A DNA stretch of 63,671 nt from Parcubacteria group bacterium (GCA_012514175.1 JAAZAU010000011.1:1-63671), one strand, 5' to 3'. Counted from the first letter of the stretch, positions 45,384 through 55,214 are shown. Numbers and translations are program-made. The notes: generated by a model from the letters alone, not told the origin.

Positions 45384-45779
45384 ATGAAAAAGTTTTTATT
45401 ATTTTGCATCGCAGGTTTGCTTCCATCAATTACCGTTTTTGCTCAAGGGCGTGAAATACCGACGGTTGATAATAATGTTGCTTACGCCTCTGTGTTTGCG
45501 AGAGATTTTTCGCTTTTGTTGTCCATTGTTATAGGTCTTATTGCCACTTTTTTAGTTTTCCGATCCGCTAAAAAACTTAGAGGCGGTTTGTTTGGATTAG
45601 TTTTGAACTATATAGGTGTTGGTATGTTGCTTGTTGTCTTCGGAACACTGTTTTCTGTGGTTGGGCAATGGTATGGTGATTTTTGGTTTAATGTTTTGAG
45701 CACAGTTTTGTTTGCATTCGGTTATATTTTTATGGTTCTCAGCGCCAACAAACTTCTTAAAAGCATAATGAACACCTAG
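45384..45779 (+). CDS. hypothetical membrane protein with signal peptide
   Basis: MKKFLLFCIAGLLPSITVFAQG signal followed by 3 TM helices. Confidence 0.5.
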   Translation: MKKFLLFCIAGLLPSITVFAQGREIPTVDNNVAYASVFARDFSLLLSIVIGLIATFLVFRSAKKLRGGLFGLVLNYIGVGMLLVVFGTLFSVVGQWYGDFWFNVLSTVLFAFGYIFMVLSANKLLKSIMNT

Positions 45780-45781
45780 CG

Positions 45782-47557
45782 ATGAATTTTGCGCTTCCTA
45801 CAAGCGCCGTTTTATATTTGATTTCTTTACTGATAGTCCTAATATCGGTTGGTTTTGTTTTTTATTTTTATAAACTTTTTAGAAATAAAAATAAAGAAAT
45901 AATAAAAGAAAGAGAGGATTCTGCTAGACACCTCTATGAACTCGCCATACTTAAAGAGTTAGGTGAAAGAACTGGATATTCGCTCAATGTTGAAGAGATA
46001 CTCCAAATTATTACTGGTTCTCTCAGGCAGTTTATTGATTACACAGTTGTGGGTTATGTGGTTATCACACCTGAAAAATTAAAAATAAATACATACATAG
46101 AAAAACCAGTCGGTGATATTTTTCTAAATGAAATGAAAGAAAAGATGATTGCGTCTCTTTCAGCTTTAACCGATAACGATTTTGAATCTTACACCAAAGA
46201 TGATGTGGTCTCGGGTGCGATCGTGATTGATGGCATTAAACAAAAAATAGGCTCTTTGTTTAATATTCCTATTGTAATAAATGGTAGAGTTGTGGGGGTT
46301 CTGTCAGTTGCTCACGTTGACGTAGGACTTTATAAAGAAGAAGATATGACCATTCTTTACAAGATTACAGGTCAAGCTTCTGAAGCGGTTTCTCGTCTGG
46401 AAGAAGTGGTAAATATGGAAAAAGGTAAGCTTAACGCTATGGTGGAAAGTATGGGGGACGGTGTGCTTATGGTTGATCCTGAATACAAAATTGTAGTCGC
46501 CAATCCTTCTGTTAAAAAAATCATAAAATTTGATCCGTCTCAGGAAAAGGAAAAAGATCTCAGTATTTTTAATTTTGTAGATTCGTTGGGTGGTAAATTT
46601 GATATTTACGGCAAACTGGAAGAAGCTTTGGTTAAGAATAACACTTTTCTTTCAGAAAGAATAAACATTAACGAATCTTTTTTTGAAATTGGAGTTTATC
46701 CAGTTATGCACACTTCTCCTAAGAAAAATAGTCAGATACTGGGAGCGGTAGCAGTTTTTAATGATGTTACTAGAGATGTAGAACTTGAAAAAGTTAGAGA
46801 AGAATTTACCGGTATGATAGTGCACGAATTGCGTTCACCCCTGGATAGTATCAAAAAAATATCTGAACTAGGGGTTTCTGGTCAGTTAGATAGAAATTCC
46901 GATCAATTCAAAGAATATCTAGAAATGATACATCAAAATTCTGCATCAATGCTGGAAATGGTTAGTGACATCTTGGATCTCACCAAACTTCAAGCGGGTA
47001 AATTTGAAGTTAATAAGGAACAGTCTGATGTTAAAGATTTGATAGAAAACCGCATAATGTTTTATAAAGTTTTAGCCGATAGCAAAAAGATAAATCTAGA
47101 ATTTTCTTTTGATAAGAGTTTGCCGGAATTCGCTAGTTTTGACCCACAAGCACTCAAACAAATTTTAAATAACTTGCTCTCAAACGCTTTGAAGTTTACT
47201 AAAGCCGGGGGTTCAGTTTTAGTTTCCGCTTTCGTTTTTGATCCCCAAGGTCCATATTTAGAAGATTTTGATAAAGCGAGAGTTCCAGTTTTTCCAACTT
47301 CTACTGATATTAAGACAAAGAAAAAATCGTTGTGTGTTGTAGTTTCTGACAATGGATTAGGTATTCCAAAAGAAGAAATTGGTAAACTTTTCCAAACTTT
47401 TCAACAAGCCAAACTTGGTCCTGTAGATAAAGAAAGCAAAGGCACCGGCCTAGGTTTGGTAATAGCTAAAGGTATCGTTGAAGCCCATAATGGAACCATT
47501 GGAGTGGTTTCTGAAGAAACTAAAGGATCTAGTTTCTTCTTTACAATACCTTTGTAA
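45782..47557 (+). CDS. sensor histidine kinase
   Basis: N-terminal TM, GAF/PAS-like middle, H-box VHELRSPL, N-box LLSNALKFT, G-boxes DNGLGI and GTGLGL. Confidence 0.9.
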   Translation: MNFALPTSAVLYLISLLIVLISVGFVFYFYKLFRNKNKEIIKEREDSARHLYELAILKELGERTGYSLNVEEILQIITGSLRQFIDYTVVGYVVITPEKLKINTYIEKPVGDIFLNEMKEKMIASLSALTDNDFESYTKDDVVSGAIVIDGIKQKIGSLFNIPIVINGRVVGVLSVAHVDVGLYKEEDMTILYKITGQASEAVSRLEEVVNMEKGKLNAMVESMGDGVLMVDPEYKIVVANPSVKKIIKFDPSQEKEKDLSIFNFVDSLGGKFDIYGKLEEALVKNNTFLSERININESFFEIGVYPVMHTSPKKNSQILGAVAVFNDVTRDVELEKVREEFTGMIVHELRSPLDSIKKISELGVSGQLDRNSDQFKEYLEMIHQNSASMLEMVSDILDLTKLQAGKFEVNKEQSDVKDLIENRIMFYKVLADSKKINLEFSFDKSLPEFASFDPQALKQILNNLLSNALKFTKAGGSVLVSAFVFDPQGPYLEDFDKARVPVFPTSTDIKTKKKSLCVVVSDNGLGIPKEEIGKLFQTFQQAKLGPVDKESKGTGLGLVIAKGIVEAHNGTIGVVSEETKGSSFFFTIPL

Positions 47558-47604
47558 GAGTGTTATTATTATAAGTAGCAGTTTATTCGTTATTTTGAAC
47601 CAAT

Positions 47605-48006
47605 ATGAAGAAAAAAATACTTGTTATAGATGACGACCAATTTTTCTCAAAGACCTTGCAAGCCGCACTGTCGCCTGAAAAATATATTTTAGTAAGCGCG
47701 GAAGACGGCGAAACAGGTTTAGAAAAAGTTAGAACAGAAAAACCTGATCTTATCGTCTTAGATCTTATGATGCCTAAACTTGATGGCACTGCTTTCTTGA
47801 AAAAAATGCAGGAGTCAACTGATTTACCTAAAATTCCAGTCTTAGTTTCTTCAAATCTTTCTAGTGTTAAAAAAATAAGTGATGTGATGTCTATGGGGGC
47901 TGTGGGTTATGTCATCAAATCTGATGAAAGTTTACAGTCAATTGTCCAAGATATTGAAAGAATATTGGGGCAAGCAAGTGGTGACAACAAACGAGAAGTT
48001 GCTTAG
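47605..48006 (+). CDS. response regulator, receiver domain only
   Basis: KILVIDDD ... DLIVLDLMMPKLDG ... receiver motifs. 133 aa with no output domain. Confidence 0.88.
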   Translation: MKKKILVIDDDQFFSKTLQAALSPEKYILVSAEDGETGLEKVRTEKPDLIVLDLMMPKLDGTAFLKKMQESTDLPKIPVLVSSNLSSVKKISDVMSMGAVGYVIKSDESLQSIVQDIERILGQASGDNKREVA

Positions 48007-48576
48007 TTAAATTATTTTTGAAGCTAAGGTAGCTAAATAAAGTGCCACAATGTGACTTGGCATAGAGCCCGTGATTGTGCCCAGTATATAATCTTTAGTT
48101 TTGATACTGGAAATCCCCATTAATATATTGAGCACATTAAAAGGCATAACCGGAAGGATTCTTAGAACAGTTAAATCCCAAACTCCGTTTTCGGCAAGTT
48201 TTTTGTTGTATTCGTCTAATTTTTTTAAGTATTTATTTTTCAAAATATTCTCAACTTCTTCTCGGCCTAATTTGCGACAAAAAGAAAAAACTATTATCGC
48301 ACTTATAAGCCCTCCAACAAAAGTGTAAAGAAGTCCGTACCAGAAACCAAAAAGCAATCCAGCTATAATCATAAGGGGAGTGGTTGGTATAAATATGGAA
48401 AGTAAAATATAAGTTAAAACAAAAACTGTTGGTGCCCAAATGCCCAAATCTTTTATATAATATCTAAGAGTTTGCAAATCCAAATCTTCCCCGAAAACGT
48501 AATAAGAAACAATTGAAAATACTACCAAAATCAGAAAAATCCAGAATATAATTTTTTGTAATTTTCGCCAAAACAC
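48007..48576 (-). CDS. TVP38/TMEM64 (DedA-like, SNARE-associated) membrane protein
   Basis: 189 aa multi-TM with family-typical ...LPVMPFNVLNILMGIS... segment. Confidence 0.65.
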   Translation of the reverse strand: MFWRKLQKIIFWIFLILVVFSIVSYYVFGEDLDLQTLRYYIKDLGIWAPTVFVLTYILLSIFIPTTPLMIIAGLLFGFWYGLLYTFVGGLISAIIVFSFCRKLGREEVENILKNKYLKKLDEYNKKLAENGVWDLTVLRILPVMPFNVLNILMGISSIKTKDYILGTITGSMPSHIVALYLATLASKII

Positions 48577-48767
48577 AACAATATATTAACACAATAGCAG
48601 CAACAATTTTATATGATGCTCCTATGGGGAAAACATCAAGCAGGAATTGATTAAAAGAGCAAAAAAGTCTAAATTTTTTAAAAACTGTGTATATTTTACT
48701 TGTTTTTAGACGCTAAAAATGCTATAATTAGGGGTAGTTAAGTAATTTAATAGCTAATCTAATTAAT

Positions 48768-49577
48768 ATGTTTAAGCAAATTTTTGGTGAAGAAGGTGCA
48801 AAAAGAGTAACAAAATGGACCGTGTCGGTTTTATTTTTTCTTTCCTTGTTTTTAATTGTGCAAATCTTCACCGTTCTTAAAAAATTACCAAATATTGGTA
48901 ACGAATTTTACCCTCAGTCTGTAATTTCGGTTTCTGGGAAAAGTGAAGTTTATGTGATTCCCGATATAGCTACTTTTAATTTTACCGTGACTGAACGTGG
49001 TGGGACTGTTAAAGAAGCCCAAGAGAAAGCTGACACCAAAATCAACAAATCTTTGTCTGCTGTGCGTGAATTAGGAGTTGAAGACAAAGATATTAAAACT
49101 ACCGGCTATAATGTTTATCCAAAATATGAATGGGTGCAACCTGCTTGCGTGACTTACCCATGTCCTGCCGGTAGAAATGTTTTAACTGGTTACGAAGTTA
49201 GTCAATCAATAACTGTAAAAGTGCGTGATACTGAAAAAGCGGGAGACTTAGTGACCAAAGTTGGCGCTTCAGGTGTTTCTAATATAAGTGGTTTAGAATT
49301 TACCGTAGATAACAAAGATGAGCTTGCAGCTAAAGCTCGTGAAGAAGCTATAGCTGAGGCTAAAGAAAAAGCCAAGGTGCTTGCTAAACAACTTGGGGTG
49401 CGTTTAGGTAAAATGATGAATTACTACGAAAACAGCAACAATAATTATGATTATGATTATGCTTACGGCAAAGGTGGCGGTGTTGCAAACGAGGCTGTTT
49501 CAAAAGTGATGGCTGAATTACCAGCAGGAGAAACTAAAATTATTTCTGATATAAGCATCATCTACGAGGTTAAATAA
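48768..49577 (+). CDS. SIMPL (DUF541) domain protein
   Basis: N-terminal TM, then ISVSGKSEVYVIPDIATFNFTV ... GYEVSQSITVKVRD ... pattern typical of SIMPL/26-kDa periplasmic proteins. Confidence 0.7.
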   Translation: MFKQIFGEEGAKRVTKWTVSVLFFLSLFLIVQIFTVLKKLPNIGNEFYPQSVISVSGKSEVYVIPDIATFNFTVTERGGTVKEAQEKADTKINKSLSAVRELGVEDKDIKTTGYNVYPKYEWVQPACVTYPCPAGRNVLTGYEVSQSITVKVRDTEKAGDLVTKVGASGVSNISGLEFTVDNKDELAAKAREEAIAEAKEKAKVLAKQLGVRLGKMMNYYENSNNNYDYDYAYGKGGGVANEAVSKVMAELPAGETKIISDISIIYEVK

Positions 49578-49698
49578 GTGAAATACTTTATCCGCGTTTG
49601 TTTAAATGGTCTTCTTGACACTCTTTTTAATAAGAGTATAATGGAAGTTACAATTTAATAAGAAAAACCCCGACAAGGGGTTTTTTAGAATACGATAT

Positions 49699-49875
49699 AT
49701 GTCAATCAACAATTATTTAAAAGAAACAAAAGCCGAACTTTCGCACGTAAACTGGCCGACTAAAAAACAGTCCATAGTGTTTTCTTTGGTCGTCGTTATT
49801 ATTTCTGTTTTGGTAGCGCTTTTTTTAGGTCTATTTGATTTCTTGTTTTCTAAAATATTGAATTTATTTATATAA
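49699..49875 (+). CDS. secE: preprotein translocase subunit SecE (58 aa, below ORF-track cutoff)
   Basis: Hand translation: MSINNYLKETKAELSHVNWPTKKQSIVFSLVVVIISVLVALFLGLFDFLFSKILNLFI. Lies directly upstream of nusG. Confidence 0.85.
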   Translation: MSINNYLKETKAELSHVNWPTKKQSIVFSLVVVIISVLVALFLGLFDFLFSKILNLFI

Positions 49876-49881
49876 ATTTAT

Positions 49882-50427
49882 ATGTCTAAACAACAAATAC
49901 AAAAAAAAAGAAATTGGTATGCGATTCATACCTACTCGGGTTATGAAAATGCAGTGATGCGAAATCTTAAACAGCGCATTGAATCTCTAGGTATGGAGGA
50001 TAAAATTTTTGACGTAATTGTCCCAACCGAGAAAAAAATAAAAATAAAAGGCAGTAAACGTGTTGAAGAAGAAGAAAAAATATACCCGGGTTATGTTTTA
50101 GTAGATATGATCGTAACCGATGATTCTTGGTATGTAGTTAGAAATACTCCCAGAGTAACAGGTTTTGTTGGTGCCGGTGTTTTTCCAGTACCGCTTGAAC
50201 CTAAAGAAATTGAAAGTCTCTTTAAGAGAATGAGTTCTGAAAAAGTTAAACACAACATTGATCTCTCTTTGGACGAAGCGGTTAAGATTGTGGACGGTCC
50301 ATTCAAAGATTTGGAAGGTAAAGTTGGTGAAGTGGATGAAGAAAGAGGTAAAGTTAAAGTCTTGGTGCCGATGTTTGGTAGAGAAACTCCGGTAGAATTG
50401 GATTTCTTGCAAGTGAAGAAAATCTAG
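49882..50427 (+). CDS. nusG: transcription termination/antitermination factor NusG
   Basis: WYAIHTYSGYENAV..., NGN domain and KOW (VKIVDGPFKDLEGKVGEVD). Confidence 0.95.
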   Translation: MSKQQIQKKRNWYAIHTYSGYENAVMRNLKQRIESLGMEDKIFDVIVPTEKKIKIKGSKRVEEEEKIYPGYVLVDMIVTDDSWYVVRNTPRVTGFVGAGVFPVPLEPKEIESLFKRMSSEKVKHNIDLSLDEAVKIVDGPFKDLEGKVGEVDEERGKVKVLVPMFGRETPVELDFLQVKKI

Positions 50428-50481
50428 GTTATATTACAATCTCCTCGGGCTTCTGGAGGAAATCAATATTAAAATACAAAA

Positions 50482-50904
50482 ATGGCAAAGAAAGTATCAA
50501 AAAAAATAAAATTAGTGATTGCGGCTGGCAAAGCTACACCGGCACCTCCTGTGGGCACCGCTCTTGGTCCAGCTGGTATTAACATTGGTGAATTCGTTAA
50601 ACAATTTAATGACGCCACCAGAGAGATGGATGGGCTTGTTCCTGCTGATATTACTGTTTATGAGGACCGAAGTTTTGATTTTGTGCTTAAAACTCCACCC
50701 GCCTCAAGTCTTATCAAAAAGGTTTTAGGTATTGAAAAAGGCGCTGGTAAGACGCCTTCTCAGAAAGTGGGCACTATCACCAGAAAACAATTAGAAGAAA
50801 TTGCTCAAATCAAAATGGTTGATCTTAGCGCCAATGATTTAGACACAGCTGTTGATATTATTGCTGGTCAATGTCGTTCAATGGGTGTGGAGGTCAAGGG
50901 TTAA
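50482..50904 (+). CDS. rplK: 50S ribosomal protein L11
   Basis: [34 protein letters not shown] motif. Confidence 0.96.
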   Translation: MAKKVSKKIKLVIAAGKATPAPPVGTALGPAGINIGEFVKQFNDATREMDGLVPADITVYEDRSFDFVLKTPPASSLIKKVLGIEKGAGKTPSQKVGTITRKQLEEIAQIKMVDLSANDLDTAVDIIAGQCRSMGVEVKG

Positions 50905-50924
50905 AAACAAAATTTAATTACAAA

Positions 50925-50962
50925 ATAAAAAGACTTTTTAACAAGTCTTTTTATTTTTTTGT
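50925..50962 (+). terminator. intrinsic terminator after rplK
   Basis: ATAAAAAGACT-ttttaaca-AGTCTTTTTAT followed by a T-run. Confidence 0.7.
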
Positions 50963-51022
50963 TTACATGATAGAAAGAAATTAGAGCGAGTGTTATTTCA
51001 CAAAATTAATTTTGGAGGTGTT

Positions 51023-51604
51023 ATGTCACCAACACTGAAAAGTGTTTTGCAAGGGAAAGATTGGCAAGACAAATATATTGCCAATTTTGAGGAGCTTGAA
51101 AAGATTGTCAAACAACTCAAGGAAGGGGGTTTTTCTATTGCTTTAACCCAGGGTGTGTTTGATATGTTCCACGTTGGTCATGGACGTTATTTGGCCGAAG
51201 CTGGAACTTATGGTGATGTGCTCATCGTTGGAGTTGATTCAGATGAATTAACTCGAGCAATGAAAGGTCCGAAGAGACCGTTTGATGTCTTTGAAGAAAG
51301 GATTGAGATTATTTCAATGCTTTCTTCGGTGAGTATAGTGGTAAAACGAGACACAGATCAGCACAAGTATGATCTTATTAAACTTGTGCAACCCAACGTT
51401 TTGATTATGTCAAAAACCACCAGCTCTTTTACCGAAGAAGACAAAAAAGAATTGAGTCAGTATTGTGGTGACATCAAGCATTTGGAGGCGAAAGCGGCTA
51501 CGACCACTACAGCCAAGACGCTGCGTTTGATGACAGAGGGAGCGGAAGAATTGGCTGTTAAGATACAGCAAACTGTATCTGACTTTCTGGGGGGCAAGAA
51601 ATGA
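51023..51604 (+). CDS. cytidylyltransferase-family nucleotidyltransferase (HxGH)
   Basis: ALTQGVFDMFHVGHGRYL (HxGH). Start set at the ATG at 51023, preceded by GGAGG; the track ORF starts at 50990. Confidence 0.7.
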   Translation: MSPTLKSVLQGKDWQDKYIANFEELEKIVKQLKEGGFSIALTQGVFDMFHVGHGRYLAEAGTYGDVLIVGVDSDELTRAMKGPKRPFDVFEERIEIISMLSSVSIVVKRDTDQHKYDLIKLVQPNVLIMSKTTSSFTEEDKKELSQYCGDIKHLEAKAATTTTAKTLRLMTEGAEELAVKIQQTVSDFLGGKK

Positions 51605-52458
51605 ACAACCTCATTGCCTATATGCCGGTTATTAATCGGCAATATCTGGGGTGGCTTGAAAAACATAAGCCATTTCACTTATATCTCATTACCCAAGATG
51701 TGGCGGAAGCACTAAATCCCAAGTTGGGTAGAAATATTGTTTCTTTGCCGGCCAATATTGTTTCAGTTTTTTTGAACAATGTTCAGAATGAATTTTCTTG
51801 GGAAAGTCTGGTTGAAGTTTTTTGTTTAACCAATTTGGACCTTTCAAAACAAAAGGACCAGAATTGGATTATGCCAGATGAAGATATTTCCCATCTTGTC
51901 GCTGGAAAGTATCTGACCCCGTCGGGTTGTCAGGTTTATTTTGAACCAATTTGGGCGCGATGGGATATGACTGCGGTTAAACGTCAAGAACCAATTATGC
52001 CGGATTTGGAAACGAGTTCGGACATAGTAGATGGTTTACGGATGAGTGTCGCAGAAAAATTTGGTCAAAAAACTCCGGATTGGTGGAGGCAGATCGGAGC
52101 TTTAGCTTTCAAGGATCAAAAAATGATTGCTTTTTCGTATTGTAAACATCTTCCTACAGAATACGAAACGGTTATTTTTGGGGATCCTCGTATTAATTTT
52201 GACGCGGGTGATTCTGCGGGCGCTGAGGTTTATCTTTCTTTGCACGCAGAAAAAGGTATCGTTGCCACCTGTGCACGAGAGGGAATTTCCCTCAAAGGCG
52301 CTTCGGTTTATTGCACCACATTTCCTTGTGGTGATTGTGCTCGGATGCTAGCCGAGTGTCAAATCAAGGAATTGTTTTTCACCGAAGGATACAGTGTGCT
52401 GAAGGGTTTTGAAACTCTTAAAGCTGCAGGTATCCGAATTGTGAAAGTTAATAAGTAA
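51601..52458 (+). CDS. CMP/dCMP-type zinc deaminase with ~170-aa N-terminal domain of unknown function
   Basis: C-terminal HAEKG ... PCGDCARML (H-A-E / PCxxC). ATGA overlap with the upstream gene. Confidence 0.7.
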   Translation: MNNLIAYMPVINRQYLGWLEKHKPFHLYLITQDVAEALNPKLGRNIVSLPANIVSVFLNNVQNEFSWESLVEVFCLTNLDLSKQKDQNWIMPDEDISHLVAGKYLTPSGCQVYFEPIWARWDMTAVKRQEPIMPDLETSSDIVDGLRMSVAEKFGQKTPDWWRQIGALAFKDQKMIAFSYCKHLPTEYETVIFGDPRINFDAGDSAGAEVYLSLHAEKGIVATCAREGISLKGASVYCTTFPCGDCARMLAECQIKELFFTEGYSVLKGFETLKAAGIRIVKVNK

Positions 52459-52508
52459 AAAGTCCCGAGATTGAATTTAGTGGTTACTAAACAATCTCGG
52501 GACTATTT

Positions 52509-52988
52509 TTATTCTGGGGTTTTGTAGCCCAGAACTGAAATAATAAACGAATCCGGGAACTTCACAGAATTTTCAATTTTTTTCTTAGAAGCCCCAGATA
52601 TGATGTGTGCGTGAAGATGAGAAATAGAGGCACCGGTATAATCCATCTCTCCGAAACGAAGTAAAATACTTGCGCCTTCTATTTTTTTCTCCGCGCAAAA
52701 TCTTGAAAACAAAGAAAACAATTCTTCGCTGGCCCCTTTTTTTAACTCAGCGATGGAGGAGATATGCTCTTTATAGATAGCCAAGTAATGATGTAGGCTA
52801 CCTTTGTAAGGGTAATCGTTTTCGGTGATAACCCAAAACTTACCCTTTTTAATCACAGGTGCGTTATGCCACTCCTCCAGGTTTTCCCAACAAAGAGGGC
52901 AGACGTTAAGTCTTTGACATTCTGCCATTCTCTTTTTTTGGGCTGACACCCTGGCATGAGACATCTCAACCAAAGGCTTTTTTTTCAT
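52509..52988 (-). CDS. HIT-family protein
   Basis: ISHLHAHII histidine triad, plus an N-terminal CPLC. Confidence 0.75.
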   Translation of the reverse strand: MKKKPLVEMSHARVSAQKKRMAECQRLNVCPLCWENLEEWHNAPVIKKGKFWVITENDYPYKGSLHHYLAIYKEHISSIAELKKGASEELFSLFSRFCAEKKIEGASILLRFGEMDYTGASISHLHAHIISGASKKKIENSVKFPDSFIISVLGYKTPE

Positions 52989-53003
52989 TAAATCTCCTTT
53001 CCT

Positions 53004-53930
53004 TCAAAGTGTGGTAGGTATGCTCATTGCTGGGTGTGCTTTATACTCTGTGAGTATAAAATGGTCGGCTCTGAAGTCAAAAATATTTTTGATTTTTTGA
53101 CCCTCAGAAGAAAGTTTCAGAATTGGAAAAGGAAACGGATCTCTTTTGAGCAATTCATTCACCTTTTCCAATTGGTTTTCATAAATTTGGGCATCATTTA
53201 TTTTGTGGATGAACTTGTAAGGTTCATAACCACAAACGTGAGCCAGCATTATGGTGAGAGCCGCGTATTGAATAATGTTGGAAACAACTCCAACAGGGAC
53301 ATCTCCCGAACGTTGCACCATAGAGAGAACAAGTTTTTTGTTCTCTATAACCGTGCACTGGATGAGAGTGCCATGACACGGCGCTACCACTACTTTTCTT
53401 TGCAACTTAGAATGTTGCATATTGAAGGGTGGGAACCAGGTTGATACCACATGAGTATTGAGCCCGGGACCATCCTTAAGTGATTGCACCAGATTTTCAA
53501 TCTGGTTAAAAAATTTAGGTAATTCCCCCTCACAAAATGGTAATTTGTGAAGATTTGGTCCATAAGAACCGGGTCCCAAGTCGCCACTTTCAAGGCCAAA
53601 CTTTTGACACTGTTCCGGAGAAACCCATTCTTCCCACCAATCACAACCCGCATCTTTCATTTCTTGTAAAGTGTGTACTCCTTTTATGAAAAGGAGTATT
53701 TCCGTAATAGGTTTTTTCCAAAAAGTAATTTCTCTTTCTGTGATGATGGGAAAACCATTTTCAAAAGAGTAAACCAGATTGTCTGTTTCCAGGTTAGTAA
53801 ATCTTCCACGCACCTGGTGTGGGTTTTTCGCCAAAAAAGAATCGGGCGAATAAACGATGTGCCGAAGCAAATCCTGATATTGAGTATCAGGTTCTCTTTT
53901 TGAGAAAGGCTTATAGTTAATAACTGTCAT
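53004..53930 (-). CDS. thyA: thymidylate synthase (ThyA)-like, divergent
   Basis: VAPCHGTLIQ (catalytic Cys), VQRSGDVPVGVVSNIIQY and INDAQIY align to ThyA blocks. Trimmed to MTVINYK at 53930 (AGGAG RBS). Confidence 0.7.
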   Translation of the reverse strand: MTVINYKPFSKREPDTQYQDLLRHIVYSPDSFLAKNPHQVRGRFTNLETDNLVYSFENGFPIITEREITFWKKPITEILLFIKGVHTLQEMKDAGCDWWEEWVSPEQCQKFGLESGDLGPGSYGPNLHKLPFCEGELPKFFNQIENLVQSLKDGPGLNTHVVSTWFPPFNMQHSKLQRKVVVAPCHGTLIQCTVIENKKLVLSMVQRSGDVPVGVVSNIIQYAALTIMLAHVCGYEPYKFIHKINDAQIYENQLEKVNELLKRDPFPFPILKLSSEGQKIKNIFDFRADHFILTEYKAHPAMSIPTTL

Positions 53931-54088
53931 TTTCTCTTCTCCTTTCTTTCCCTTGTTTTCTTGTATTTCAATAAACCATAAGTCCACTTTTTATTCTCCA
54001 TTTAAATACCTTAAAGTCAAATTTATAAAAAAAGCCGTTTCGGTGTAGGTTCACTGAAACGGCTGGTAAGATAAAAGTGGCAAGGTAT

Positions 54089-54661
54089 TTAAACTTGACG
54101 CTTAAATACAGAATACCACGATCTGACTTTGTCTCTCGGAGTTTTTTCTTCTCCGGGGTTGAAAAAATGAATGTAAATTCTTTCCCAACTTGCCCAATCA
54201 AGATTGGGAAAGAAGGTGTCTCCTTTGACTTTTTTATCTACCATTGTTTGGTAGATACAATCGGCATATGGCAGAGCCAATTTGTAAATTTCAGCGCCAC
54301 CCATCACCCAAACTATTTTTGACTCAGCCAACAGAACAGCCTTTTTGAAAGAGTCCACTGTAACCACTAGGTTTGAGTGGTTTGGGTAGTTTTGGGCGAT
54401 ATTTCTAGAAATCTTTTTGGGATTTCTGGTGATGATTATATTTTGACGTAACACTAACGGCCGGGATTTTTCAGGGATTGAATCCCAGGTTTTACGTCCC
54501 ATAATCACCGACTTGTAGATGGTGAGATTTTTGAATCTCTCCATATCTGAGGGGACCAAACCCCTCCAAGGGATGTCGTTTTGATCACCAATAACCAACT
54601 TGCCTTGGAAGCAGTAGGCTGAAGTGGCGAAGATGATCTTGATAAATTTTTCATAGAGCAT
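54089..54661 (-). CDS. folA: dihydrofolate reductase
   Basis: GDQNDIPW, VIMGRKTWDSIP and VMGGAEIY motifs. Adjacent to thyA. Confidence 0.85.
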   Translation of the reverse strand: MLYEKFIKIIFATSAYCFQGKLVIGDQNDIPWRGLVPSDMERFKNLTIYKSVIMGRKTWDSIPEKSRPLVLRQNIIITRNPKKISRNIAQNYPNHSNLVVTVDSFKKAVLLAESKIVWVMGGAEIYKLALPYADCIYQTMVDKKVKGDTFFPNLDWASWERIYIHFFNPGEEKTPRDKVRSWYSVFKRQV

Positions 54662-54782
54662 AAAGCCTCCTATTTGAAATATTTTAGAACAGTCCGTCTA
54701 TTTTAGATTTTGCACTAAAATAACAGAAAGTCAAATAAAATGAATGCGAGATTTTGACGATAAAAATTGTTAGAATAAAAGA

Positions 54783-55205
54783 ATGCAACTTAAGATTAAA
54801 AGGATAGATCCTGAGGCCAAATTGCCAAAATATGCTCATTCCTATGATGCTGGTATGGATTTGTTTGCCCTTGAACAAGTAAAGGTAAAACCTGGCGAAA
54901 TAGCTAAAATAAGGAGTGGTATTGCGATGGAAATATCTGAAGGGTATGTTGGTCTCTGTTGGGACAAAAGTGGTTTATCAATGAATAATGGCATTAAAGT
55001 TTTGGCGGGCGTTATTGATGCTGGTTTTAGAGGTGAGGTTATAATGGGAGTGATAAATTTGGGCAAAGAAGAATATGTTTTTGAAAAAGGGCATAAGGTA
55101 ACACAAATGCTTATTCAACCGATTGAAATTATGGATATAATAGAGGTAGAAGAGCTTTCCGATACCACTAGAGGCGAAGGTGGTTTTGGAAGTACTGGAA
55201 AATAA
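54783..55205 (+). CDS. dut: dUTP diphosphatase
   Basis: AGMDLFA, GVIDAGFRGE and RGEGGFGSTG motifs. Confidence 0.93.
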   Translation: MQLKIKRIDPEAKLPKYAHSYDAGMDLFALEQVKVKPGEIAKIRSGIAMEISEGYVGLCWDKSGLSMNNGIKVLAGVIDAGFRGEVIMGVINLGKEEYVFEKGHKVTQMLIQPIEIMDIIEVEELSDTTRGEGGFGSTGK

Positions 55206-55214
55206 TTTAAAAAA

